Shown here piece after piece: positions 13,501 through 26,340 of a stretch of DNA of 64,000 bases; the first letter of the stretch is position 1; each line of letters opens with the position of its first letter. The stretch is from Haplodiscus bocki. Lineage: Eukaryota. The notes beneath the pieces were generated by a model that was not told where the DNA came from, did no database searches, and saw only the letters and a list, made by a program, of their open reading frames with translations. The stretch lies in the NCBI GenBank assembly GCA_965655095.1, contig OZ296650.1, forward strand, positions 21,824,001 to 21,888,000, in the 5' to 3' direction. Both the position numbers and the translations under genes were made by a program.

Positions 13501-16500
13501 TTTGGTTTCTCAGTGGTTTCCTCGTATTTTCCATGGATGAAAAGAAAATCATGCATTCAACTTTCCTTTTTCCACGTTGAAGTTGCCAATTGAGCGATAA
13601 GAAAATAGCTCGCTGAACCTTTATTTCGTCAATTTTTTCTTAATTAGCTGTAGAATGCATCTAGCCAAAAAAATGGAAGAAAAACATTCGCAAGCTTTCA
13701 ACTTTAAAAGGAATTTTGCATATTTGCTGACATTTTTTTCTAATTACGGCTTCCTAACGTTTTCTCTCTATTTTTGGAAACTATCCCGGAGCTGCCGTTT
13801 TCTTCGGTTGTTTTTAATGCTTTCAAACCTCAAAATTTTTGAAAAACGGTCAGTTCCGAAAATAGTCGAGAAATTACTTTTTCATGTGCACGGTTTTCTG
13901 CCAATTTATGTAATTTGCAAAATGATGCAGTTGCAGAAAGATTAAAGAAGCAAGTTTCTCGGGACCTGCTTATTCCTAAAAGGATCATGCAGGGCTCAAA
14001 AAGTTTGGACAGTCGAAACATTTTAGGTTTTTTATCTGAAATTGTTTAGAGTTTACGTTGAGTCTATTTTTGATCAAATGCATATATTTGTTATATGATA
14101 TGCCCAGCTTCCTTTGCGCCTCATTCGAATCATTGCGTTTGACACTACTCCTGGCTTAGGATGTGCTCTTCATGAGAAAAGGCTACAAAATGTTATTCGC
14201 AAAGCGAATTTTTTCATCGACTGACTAGACTTTTTACTGCTAGACTTTCCGTAGCAGCTAGAGGAGGGAGCCTCTTCTGCGCGTCATTTGGAACATTAGG
14301 CGTTTAGTTAGCACTTTTACTCGAAGCTCCGGTGCAACTCTCGTGTTGCCGATGCACATAGGTTTTCCTGTCCTTTGACTAATTTTAGCCATTTTGAGAG
14401 CTCTGATGTTTTTACATATAACGTTTTTGGGACACCTAATATTGTTTACTTTTGCGTTGTTCAATGGGTAAATCTTTAAAGGTTGGGCTCCGAAATGGAG
14501 AATCTAAAAACACATTATTGGCAGATCAACTTTTCAAGTATTAGACACCGTGAAAAAGATTTGTCTCGATTCGACTTTTTCGAACAGCTTTTTGCTAGAT
14601 GTCTGGTGTAGTATTCTAAAAGTGACAATAATGTATCCAATCGCTTCGAATGCCTCTCAGGACTTTTAATTTGTAAACTTTATCTTTGATTTTGACTGAA
14701 TATGTTCCAAAGTTCCGCTTTGCCTTCGCGTTTTATTTAGCTGCAATTCACATTGCCCTAGTGGGGGTTGCTTTCTGCGTGCCTTGCGTTAAGCACCTGC
14801 GAGCCTCTGTTATTTTCGAATTTAGTAATGAGTATATGACCTGCTGGAAATTGAAGTTAATAAATATACATTCAAGTGCACGTATGCCTTTGTAGCCCGG
14901 AAGACGATGAAATAATTATACATTCTCGATGCTCCAGTGAAACGTATTAACATTTCTCACGTGAAATTTTTACCCATTAACACATTATAGCGCTAGAATT
15001 GATACAGTTCTCGTGCGTAGAAGCTACAGGCCGAGGATTTTACGATCAGTGTGTGCTTCACCCAGATCTAGGTCTTTGAAAAGGAAGCTGGAGAAACATT
15101 AGAAAATAGCGTTGGAGTTTCAAATTTTGATGTATTGCTCTAAAGTACTAATTTGTTTTGAGCCTATAATGTCGAGGACAGGACCAAGTAATTAATCACA
15201 TTAGAAGTCAGGTGAGATGTTCAATTCAAGTAAATAAGTAATGAGCTGTGTCCTTAAAGTTGACCTGCAATGATGTAATACCAGGATATCTCAACTGGTG
15301 TGGTCAGTCGAGTTCAATACCCGATTACATCACATGGCCCTACAACACTAATGTTTCAACCGTATGTGAAATCTCTCAACCCGATTTCATCATGTTGAAT
15401 AAGTTATCCATCCATTCTACATGCTCTAAATACGATTCTTGTTCTTTCACTTTTCTCTGGCATGTATTTTTCCTTACCGAGTATTACTCTAATTCACCTC
15501 TATTTACATGCAAAAATATATACTTGGTTCGTAAAAACGCAGCAATTAGCTTTGCAATTTGTGACCTTTAAGAGCAATACAACTTGGGAATCATCAAAAG
15601 ATGTTGAAAAAGAGGCTACTTGTATTTATGAGTAATTTGAAAAAATTTGAAAAACTTGATAGTGCTTTTGAGCCCGACTTTAAAATCAGTTTTCCATTTT
15701 TATTTTCCAATATTAACGAAAAGGAAAAAAGTCGAAAGAGATTGATTAAATTGTTCCTGAAACAACTTCAACTTGAAGCCACTTAGAGAAGCTGTAAAAT
15801 AAAGGAACTAGTTTTGGCGCGTGGTGAAAATATGTAGCTCATATGCGGTATTGGAATTGTTTATAAATTCTATGAAAATTGAAAGAAAAATTAGGCAATT
15901 GTTTGAACTTTTTTCTGAAATTCTGAACCGAAGTCATGCCTCCTCAAAAGCCGTGTCTTGAAGTTTATGAAACAAAAAGGTTCAATGAGCTTAATTATTA
16001 CATTCAAGTTTCAAGGAGTTTTCAGTTTGAGTTTTCATCGCAACTTTGAAGGGGCTTCATTTTCAGGTGAACAAAGAGTTTTGCGGAATCGGGTTGAATG
16101 ACGGAAACTATTACAGGACGGATCTGAAAAGCAAAGAAACTGTATATGAAAGATTATCTCAACCGGCAGCTATTACAGCACGTAAAATTGCAATGAGGCC
16201 AGACGGAAAACAAGCCATTCAGTCTCTGTGGAACAATTTTTCATCCAATGACACGAATAAGACGTGGATAAAATTTGTGGCCGATATAACCGAACTGAAA
16301 TCTTTGTTTGGCAGATTTTCTTCCAAGTCTTCATTGAGTTAGTTCATTTGGAGCATACTTTTTTCAACTTGAAAAATTGTAATTAAATTGGCTATTTAGA
16401 GTTTTGTGGGGTATGTTATAGCCCTCTTCTGGAATTTTTGGCAATCTTTGTACATTTTGATAATCCCTCAACCTTAAAAACACTTAATGGACACTGTTTC

Positions 16501-19500
16501 CTGCGAGAATTTTGCAAGATTATATAAAGAAATTCATCGCCCGCTAGAAACTTACAGGATTCACTATTTGTTGCCAGATTTTGCAAGACATCCGATCTAT
16601 GGTAAGGTAAGCGGATCTCAAACATTTTGAATATTTAGGTACATTGGCGTCATCATCGCTCTACGAGCTTACTCCGAGAGTAACAAACAACGAGTACGGG
16701 ATGATATCGCATTTTTTGTCTAGAAAAAAAGTTCGAGATTTGAAGAAGTATGCTGTCGACTGCACAGCAAATTTAAGCAAAAGTGTGTAAAAGTCTACTT
16801 CAACTCCTGATACCAAGACACGCTGGGTAAAATGGTACTTTCCTTTCTTTCAAAACTTCGGAAAATAAACCCACTCTACAACCGGCGCTTCATTGAAGCA
16901 ATTAACGGTGCCATAGTTTTCTTGATTCCCCGTTCCTTAACCTCAATTTTTCTTGAATTTTAGATATAACTTGAGTCGATAGTAGTTCACAGCGATAAAT
17001 TGTGACATCTTGCCAACTGCTATAAGAGAATTTCACTTTGCCGAAATTTAATTTAACTAAACGCCTGACCAGCATCGGGATACTTCCGCCCTCGAACTTT
17101 GTTAAAAACGCCTTTGAGAGTTCAGAAAAGCATTCTAGAGCAAAAATCGCATTTTTCTTCTAATTTGCAAAAAGTCGATTTTTTTTTCTGAGAAACCAAA
17201 ATTTCGCGTGTTTAAAAAGCGTAGAATATTTATTTCTCTTTTGTACGCATTCTACAACGCATTTGCTATTTTTGACCATTTTGCTACTGATTTGAAAATT
17301 CTGTAAAAACCCTATATTTTGGTCGAAAAAAGGCATTTTGAAGATCCTGTTCAAAAAACATATCCAATAAGGACGAGGAAGGAGAGCTTAATTGCTCTTC
17401 GAGTCCCCGCTCTGGAGAACCACTTTTGGCACAAAAAATATGTCTCATTAGAAAGTTGTTGTACTTTAACGGTACAATTAAACAATTGGAAAAAAAATAA
17501 GTCTGTTATATGTTAAATCCATTCAATCAAAAGAAAATTGAGAAGAGTTCGCTTTTGTGAACTACATAAAGTTGTCCTATTTTGGCAGCCAGTTTTCCAA
17601 TATGAGTTCGGCTCAATTGGTTGAGGTTTTTTGGTAACAAATCCATATATTTCAGCCAGTTGGAAGCTTTCCGCAAAGTATTTTCTAATGATTTTTTTCT
17701 TTATTACTTCGATTGTATTTAGATAGGAGAAGTCCTTCTGAATTCCATCGAGTGGGATACTGACTAGGGTTATTTTCAAAAACATCAATATATTGTGCTG
17801 GTGCCTCGCAGCGTAGCTGTTTGAAAAGTTCTTTTATCATTTCGATTATGTATAGCTCAAAGACTGTGAAAATTTTTTTCTCTACTAAAATGTCGGCCAG
17901 CGAATCCAATTTCTTCCGAAAAAAAAATGAAATGAAAATCTTAGTTCATGCTGAAGGATTATCGATTATTGAGAAAAAAAAGTTGGACCAAAGGTCAAAA
18001 ATTTTTCAATACTTAATTGAGCTGGTGGAGGTTTTGAAAAAAAATGTTTTGCCTACGCGAAATTTTCTGCTGGTACGTTATTTGGGATTTCAGCGAGGGA
18101 TTGCACTTCAGGAGATCTTCTTTGTGAGGATGAAAAGAATGTGCCGCCGGATTCGATGCAAGAAATTTACTATAGAGAAGACGATCGGTTCGGGCCTATG
18201 TGCAAAATGTTGTGGCAATCTTTCAGAATTAGTCGCCACGAAGAGTGGGTGAAGTATCACAAACCTTTCTTCACTGGAGAACTGTATTACACTCCCGAAA
18301 ACACTCTAACCCAACAGATCATGAACCACGTTCAAGAATTTTTCAATGTCTTTGAGAAACAGCTTAACCTAATGCAGAAACTCTTGGAAGGTTACAGCAT
18401 CATTGAAGCAAAGATGGAAAACTTCACTACAAGTTTACAACCTTTAATGGGATTTGTGGAATCCAACAAGGATGCTGTTCGCCTCGTGTCTAATGTTAGT
18501 GATTCAACATGGAGAATTTTGATGAGGAGTTTTAAAAAAGTGATTGAAAAGTTCAATGTTTACTCTCAGTGCTTTCTTATCAAGCGTGTGAAAGGTTTCC
18601 CCAACGAAGAACGGATGCTGGAAGAAGGGAGAGCCGGTTTACGTGAAGGCAATGTGTGGGCTGGAATTGTTTTTGATAATTTGCACAATGCGACGGCGTT
18701 GCCCAAATTCATTGCGTACAGGTTGCGCATGAGCTCTGACCTAGCACAAGATACACGGACAGAAAAAGAGATTCCTTGGAATTACATGCCTGCTTCGGGT
18801 TATGTGCCGGACATGAAACACCTCTACTCAGGTCAAGACTTTTTGATGGATGTTATTGAGAAGTCCATTATTAAGGCTCAAAGTGGCCCTAATTATGCTC
18901 AAACTGGCATTTATGTTCAGCCGTTCCCGACTCCAACCTACTACCATAGCGAACATAACGACACTGATTTCTATGTGCTCGTATATTGTCTTCCTATAGT
19001 TTTTGTATTCGCATACCTGATAACAGTTGTTCATTTCATCTACCTCATTGTTTATGAGAAAGGATGGGGTATCAAGTTCTACATGTCGTTTTTTAGAGTG
19101 ACCGACCTTCTGAGTTGGCCAGCTTGGTTCATCTGTGCCTTTACTATTGGTATACTCAGTAGCATAGTTCCAATCTTGTTCACTTGTTTTATGCTTCCTA
19201 ATTCTAGCGCTTCTCTCATCATATTCATATTCTTCTCGTATGTTGTCGCCACGATAATTTATTGCTTCACAATGTCCACAATATTTTTCCAAGCTGATAT
19301 GGCTGGTATTGTAGGCGGACTGATGTTCCTAAGCACCCTTCTGCCCTATTTTCCTTTGGCCTTTTCAGAATACGTAATCTTGAAAATTCTTTTGGGTTTG
19401 CTCTTCCATAACGTTACTTTGGGATTCATTTGTGAAAGCCTAGTACAATGGGAGTATTACGGAGTTGGAGCTCATTGGACGAACATTGACCATTCACCAG

Positions 19501-22500
19501 AAATGGGCGAAACGTACAATGTGGTTTTTGGGATCATGATGTTTTACATCAATTCATTCCTACATATAGTTTGTGCTGTCGCCCTCAACAAGGCATATCC
19601 TGGTAAACATTTTATTTGCCCTGGAGTTCTGGTATCATGTAGCCGAAACACAGCGATACCGGATGAGTTTTCGTCTAAAATTGAAGACAAAGAAAATCGA
19701 GGCAAAGGAGCAAACGACGAGGAAATGATCAAGTTTCACCAAGTCCAGTTCAAGTTTCCTCTTTGCGCCGGTCCGCTGGTTTCAGGAATGTTTTCATTCC
19801 CCTGCAATAAGCATGACGTTACCTGTATATTGGGATATCCCCGAACTTGGAAAAGTTGTTTAGTTTATTCCATATGTCGATTAATACAGCCCTACAAAGG
19901 TCGTGTGACTTATCAAGGCATTCCTCCCAAAACACGAGAATCGCTTTACGACGAAATCGGTTTGTGTCCTCTATTTGAGCCTTTGTTTTGTAGTCTTAAT
20001 GTTAGAAGGCATTTTTGGTTTTATGGAAAGTTGCAGGGATGTGATCCTGTCAAAGCTCAAACAGCTGGCCAAACGAATTTATCCAAGCTCAAATTTTATC
20101 ACAGCAACATAAAACGGGTTGGAAGACTAGGCCTTAACAATGCGCGCAAACTTACCGTGGCTCTTTCGCTTATAAACAACTGTGATCTGCTTGTATTTGA
20201 TGAGCCAACTTTTGGGGTAGATGTAACTGCGCAAAGAGATATCTGGTGTTTTTTGAAAGGGATCCGACAGAAAACAATTGTACTAACATCTTCCGCGTCC
20301 AGAGAAGCGATGACTATCAGCGATAAAGTTATTGCGATTTCAACTCAGGGAGTTCATTGTATCGGAAGTCCACAGTTCACGGTGAAAATATTAGGCAGTG
20401 ATCCGACGCTAGTTTTCATCCGGAGAGACGCTCCTAACGTTGGCATTGCCAATGAAAACTATTTGTATAAGTTGGACCAGTACTTGGGCGAAAAGTTCAA
20501 ACAACTCGCTCTTGTGCGTGCTGAAGACATGCAAGTGATATACCGAATTCCCAGGGCAGTCATGAATGCGAAAAAACTGGCGGCTCTTTTTGATGATTTA
20601 GCCAAAGACAAGGATGAGTTAGGTCTTGTAGACTTTGTTATACACAATGTGGATCACATTGACTTGGGAAAAACAGTTTTGCGGACAAAGGAACAGGACA
20701 CTCGTAGCAAGAAAAAAAGCGGAGTAAGAAACAAGTATTTGGCCAATGACAGAGAAGTGGAAACTGCAAACACGCCGACTTTAAGAAAGGGAAAGCTTCA
20801 TGCTTCTCAAATGCGAGGAATATTCATCAAAAATGTTTACGCTTCGTTAAACCTTCAAATTCTTTTCGGAGCCATACTGCTACCGTTGATTCTGGTGAGT
20901 CTTGGCGTGGTGATATTCAAATGCCTGGATGGTACTAATTGGGGAAGTGCCAAAGCTATTCAATTGGTACCATGGCGCTATGGTCTTGGACAGATTGTAG
21001 CCTATGCTAACAGAGTCGGCAGTGACCCTTTTAGCCAACGTTTGCTCAAAGAGTTCTTATATCCGCCTCATTATTCAACTGGTTGTATTAAATACAACGG
21101 AAAGTCTCTTCTTGAGTGTAGAAAAAATTATGATGGTGATCATGTTAAAGTTGATGACGATATTATTACCAAACGAATGAAAAGACAGGCCAACGAAAAG
21201 GACTATGGCGTCTGTAATTTACAAGATGGAGAACCGCCAGCTGTATGCAAAGCTTTCCCAAAAAAACCCGAATACGAGACTCTCACAAATGGGGATTTAA
21301 TCGAAGACTTATCAACTTTCAATATTTCTGATTACATTCTCAGAAAAAGAAATCTGGGAAACAAGTATCAAAGGTTGTACGGCGTGGAGTTTTTAGGAAG
21401 CAACAACTTGTATGGGTACAATTTCGAAAATATGCAACATTTTGCCAAGTTTCTGGACCAGATTTTGACTAATAATTCATATCTGAATAGAACCGTTCTT
21501 GGACTGCCATCGGAGTTTTTCAGGCTCAATGCAACTTCGCACCCATTGCTAGTGTCTCCAAATAGTGTTGTGATTTGGTTCGAAAACAAAGCGTACCATA
21601 TTCTACCAATTTCCATCAATGCTGTCAACAACATTGTTTTGCGTGCCACAAAAGCCGGTAGCCCAGAACACGATCAGTACGCGATTGCGGCTTACTCTCA
21701 TCCTTGGCACCCTTTGTTTTACGAGAAAGAGCAACATCTGTATATGTATCCGAATATATTGCTCCTAGATTTTTTCTACATGGAAGCCCTTGCTATTCTA
21801 CCTTGTTATTTCTTCTATTGCTTAGCCTACGAAAATGTGAGTGGTGCCAAGCACTTGTACATTATTCATGGCCTCTCCACAACAGTTTACTGGCTCGGCA
21901 ACTATTGTTCCCATTTCATCTGTTTTCTCATTCCAGCTACCATCGGCATAATAGGCCTAGGTTGTCTCCGCAGATTGGACTACGTCATAGAGGCTATTCC
22001 GCTAATTCTGTTTTATGGGTTGGCAGTTTTCCCTTTTCTTTATTTACATGTGTTTGTAGTTCGGGATGCTAGAACTATTTTCTACGTCTTGCTAGCTTTT
22101 CTGATAGTGGAGGGTGTTGGTCTAGCGAGCCTGAGTATGTACTTTGAATCTCACTATCCGTTGGCTTCCCGGATCTTGAAACCGTTCTTTCTCATTTTCC
22201 CTCCCTATGGATTATGTGGTGGCATTTTGGAACTTCATTACACGCAATTTAAGCTCGAAAAGTACCAAGACTCGACGGGCTACTTCAGAATTTCAACGGC
22301 AGGATTATTTGTAATGATGTTGGGCATAGACGCTTTCGTGTATTTCATTTTATTGTTAATATTTGAGAACAGAATAGATTCAAAGCAGAATGTTCACGTC
22401 CAGGCGGTGACTAAAGACGATCAGGACGACGATAGTGCTAACCCTGGAAGCAAGGTCTCTGATATACGCCCATTCTTATATCGACTAACCAACGCCATTG

Positions 22501-24320
22501 ATGTTAGAAAAGTTCGGAAAGAATACAAAGTATCGGGATGCCATAGAAGTGAACGTTTAGCAGTTGACAACTTGAGATTCTCAGTGCCCAGCATGAGTTG
22601 TGTTTGCATGTTCGGTGATGCCAAAGGCGGCAAGACTACTACGATAGAAATGATAGTATCTAAAAGTGACATCACAAGTGGAAAAATCATACTTTATGGA
22701 AGTGATTCTAAAGTTTTCTATGGGCAAACAATTAACCGGCAGCTGGTTTCCTTTTGTCCTCAAAGTACAGTTGCTCTAGATCCTCATTTGAATGCAATTC
22801 ATCTCTATTGGTTCGTAGCACGTGTTAAAGGAATTGAGAAGGCAAACATACCAGTTGTTTTAAATTGGGTTATTAGTCTGTTAGAGTTGCAAGACATTGA
22901 AACCAAATCCGCTTGGCGATTAAGCGAAGACGAAAGACGCAAAGTGATTTTTGGAATTGCTCTCATAGGAAATTCAAGACTTTGCATTCTTGACGAACCG
23001 TTATCAAGAGTAGATCCTAAGGTGAAATCGGTTATCAAAGACGCTCTTCGCATTTTGAGCAGCAAGGGTAAAACGATTTTCATGACATCCAATTTATGCG
23101 AAGGCATGGAAAGTGACTATAACTCAAACGTCATCGAGGCAGCAGTCGTTTTGTCACACCGTCAAAGCATAATGCGAGGAAATAGGGCAAGCTTAATGCA
23201 GGATTTCGCAAACTATGTTGTCTTATGGGTTATTTTCAGTACCAACGCTGTTTACGCTTTCAACTTAGCTCTACATTCAAATTTCGATCAGACAAGAATT
23301 TTAGAGAGGTTACCAGGTCGAGCTGTTTACAGGATCTCAAAACTTTCAAGCTCCACGGTGTCCAAACTCATCAAGTTTATGGAGGGAAATACAAGTGGAC
23401 GAAGACGATCGAAGAGCCAAAAGAGGGGTGCAGGTAACGTTGTGCTAAGATACACCATTTCAGATCCGACTCTGGAGCTGCTGGTTTACTACGCAGTGCT
23501 TGAAAGCTATGAGTACATGGACGATTGTAAAAACCCCATTGTGCCTAAAAACACGCCTCCTCCAGATATCAACCTATCGCAGTCGAATGCTTCGTGGTCA
23601 GGTTATGGAAGTAAACCGCCAATTAGTGCTCTAGCAAGTATCAGGTCTGATTATGAGAACAACAAAACTATGCCACACGCTGAAAGTTTCTTGGCTGATC
23701 AAAATGCTGGCTCTGATAATAGGCATCTTTCAGCCGATATTTCAAAAAGTTTCGACAATTCTGACAATCGACGTCTGTCGGCCGATGCATCGAGAGGCTT
23801 TAACGGCAGAAGTGTGTCAAAGAAGGATTCTGTTTCTAGAAAAAACTCGGCTTCTCGGTCGAGTTCAAGACTATATTCAGTTTCGCCAACAGGCTCCAAA
23901 AAGGGTTTTTTGAAACGACCTGGGTCAAAGAAAGAGTCAGTTGTGCAAGAGGAGTTTAAGAAAGGATCAGTTTCTCCAGCAGGGTCAAAAAAAGGCTCGA
24001 TAACTCCAGTAGAAACTAAGAAAAGTTCAGTTACTCCGGTAGAAATGAAAAGAGTGTCAATCGCTCCAAATAGCTTGAAGAAGGATTCGGTATCAAAAAA
24101 AGCTGATGCTGAATACACGAAACACCGAAGACGTTCTAAAAGACGTTCGACTAGAAATTCCAAAGAAGTAGCCAAAATTGAGCCCTCCAAGAGTCCTACT
24201 CCTATAGAGTCCAAGACAAGTGAAGCTAAGAGGCGAGCGACTGCACCTCCTAAAGTCAGGGGATCTAAAACTTCCGAATTAAGTGAGTATGAGTACTTAA
24301 GTGATTCAGATGAAAAATAA
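10583..24320 (+). CDS. ABCA-subfamily full-size ABC transporter-like protein (TMD-ECD-NBD twice), highly divergent, about 2,420-2,435 aa
   Basis: Proposed exons 10583-10930, 11144-11173, 11675 (or 11723)-11882, 15285-15361, 16067-16337, 16639-16782 and 18094-24320 are phase-consistent. The N-terminus (LLQKNF..LELIWP..RALPSAGIIPFLQTSIC) is ABCA1/4/7-like. The large exon has WAGIVF, IAYRLR, QPFPTP, IVYEK, VIWFENKAYH.LPISINAVNN, two TM bundles and two NBDs with DEP Walker B motifs. The small middle exons rest mainly on splice signals and phase, so they are less certain. Confidence 0.88.
11313..11557. mobile_element. Palindromic MITE in an ABCA intron
   Basis: Long TIRs CCCAGTGCTTAGTCTTGGTTTTCTTGACAAGA / TCTTGATAAGAAAACCAAGACGCCAAGCACTGGG, with internal CTTGNCAAG motifs. 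Confidence 0.8.
18094..24320 (+). CDS. Giant terminal exon (6,227 nt) of the ABCA-like gene
   Basis: Uninterrupted 2059-aa ORF 18141-24320, extended upstream to the acceptor gatttcAG at 18092-18093 (phase 1, matching the donor at 16783). Confidence 0.92.
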
Positions 24321-25804
24321 TATTGCATAAAGTGTGTATTTAGTTCAGAAGTGTAAATAATTATATTTGTAAATAATTTTTATTTTACGATATTACTTGT
24401 GAAATGATATGCATATATTGAACATTGTAAAAAAAATGATGACAAAACACTTAATTTTTGGTTTGCTATGAAGACTGAGTTCAAAATTTTGAGGGAATTA
24501 TGCAATTATTTAAGGTTTGATAAATAATCAGTTTTAAAAACCATTTTGTCTCCGAAAACAACTAATTTTGAACCAAGAGTGAAATGTTCATTAACAAACT
24601 AACTCAAAACCAGCTTTAATGCTTCGTCGAAACCTGGGTAGTAACTAGTTATTTTTCCTCTGAAACTTCAAAAATGACCCGACGATGTTCATCGGTTCGA
24701 CTGAGAACAATTGAGAATACTGAAATTGAAGTTTTATCAACACCTAGGAATAGCTAGACAATTCCAGCAAAAAATGCACTAGTGGTTTGGAGCAAATTGA
24801 CTGAGTTGACTCCAAGCAGTACAACCCTATTACAGCATGAAACATGAATGTTATTTTTAGTCGGCGCTTCACTTTGCTTTTTTAGTTCTAAAAAGTCCCT
24901 AAATATTAGTAAAGTTTGAAACAATGAACGAATCCTAGGCCTACATAACAAAATCTAGCTGTCGAAAAATCGAATAGGCGCTGGATTATTGCAACCTAAG
25001 CAAATTTTTCCGAGGAAAAGACTTATCGTGAAATATTGTAAAATTTGAAAACCTTCGCCCACCAGCAAATTGTCCAGCTAGCAGCGCTTAGACGCAATAG
25101 AATTAAATTCTTGAGGGTTTTTTCGAGCAACCTGGTCCCAAATATTTTCTGAATTTCGAATTCGATACAAATATTTGGGTGAAAACAATGAATACGTAAA
25201 TCATACGGCTCCCGTTAGTTTTCTAGATAGCGAACAGTTGAATCAGCAGTGGCTGAGAGCGAGTCAATCCAATTGGTTCAAGAAACTCACTTCTAAAAAA
25301 AACATCTCTCGAACAAAGAACATTCCGAATTCGCATTAAATGGAAATACTAGCCCCCTGCACTGGTTGAAAACAATCGAATCATATGTTCCAAAACTTTT
25401 GGGATTTCTCGGTCGTGATATCGTTATTTTTGCACAGCAATGCGTCTTTAGTTGCTTCTGTTCACTTTCGCAGGACTAAGTAATTCAATTCACTTCTAAA
25501 AGCATTCACTTTACTTTCGAATGGGTGTTATGCCATTGACTATGCTGTTTTTTTTGGCGTCTGATGAATAGCATGCTTGATTCATCTGTTTCATTTGAAG
25601 GAACAGATTCGATCGAAATTGTGCAATACTCCGATATTGGAGTGCCGGTTTTAGTTGGCGCTTTTGCTTTAGTAAAAAAAGCCGACTCTTGTTACTTAAT
25701 TTTTTGAACTTCAAGATCACAACGAATTTTTTCCCCACTTTTTTCCTTGCCGTATTATTTTGAAGCATGCAGGTACAGTCTATAAAAAGCAGGGACAAGT
25801 GCTC

Positions 25805-26340
25805 ACAAACACCAAAAGGTGCGTTCTACGATTTTTTTCGGCACTGTGAGACAAGAAATGTCCAGAATTCCTGATGAATTTTTCTTTGTATAATTTTTTT
25901 TCGAAACGAGAAACTTTCATAAACTGCATGGGGTCCCCTTACGAATTTTTTGAGTGCTGTGGGACAAAAAAATTGTCCAAAATTCTTGATACCCTCCTTA
26001 TGTATAACTTTGATTCCAGAAACTTTCTGAAACATCAAAAAGAGGTCCCTCACGATTTTTTTTCTATGACAAAAAGTTTGACACCTTTTTATGTCATGCC
26101 CCTTCTATAGTTTACCGAAATTTTGCGCACGACAAATGGTCAAGGTTAGAAATTTTCAGAAACACTTAGAATTTTTCAGAGACCAAGAAAATCGTGCAAA
26201 AGTCGTGATACCGTCCTCTCTCTATAGAGTTTTTTCAATATCAATAACTTTCAGAAACACCAAAGGGTCCGCCTACGATTTTTTTCGGTAATGTGGTACA
26301 AAAAAATTTGAGGATTTTCTTGTGATACCCCCTCTATATT
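25805..26340 (+). repeat. Degenerate satellite-like array (unit with ..CCTACGATTTTTTTCGGCACTGTGAGACAA..)
   Basis: Related units at about 25808, 25925, 26030 and 26255; isolated copies at about 33325 and 52745. Confidence 0.7.

Noticed and set aside
15403-15412. U12-like donor GTTATCC
   Set aside because: It is not the GTATCCT consensus and is out of phase; GTATGT at 15362 gives the correct phase.
23699-24328. 209-aa antisense ORF
   Set aside because: Shadow of the low-complexity ABCA tail; no independent signal. The same applies to the other antisense ORFs within ABCA and FEM1.
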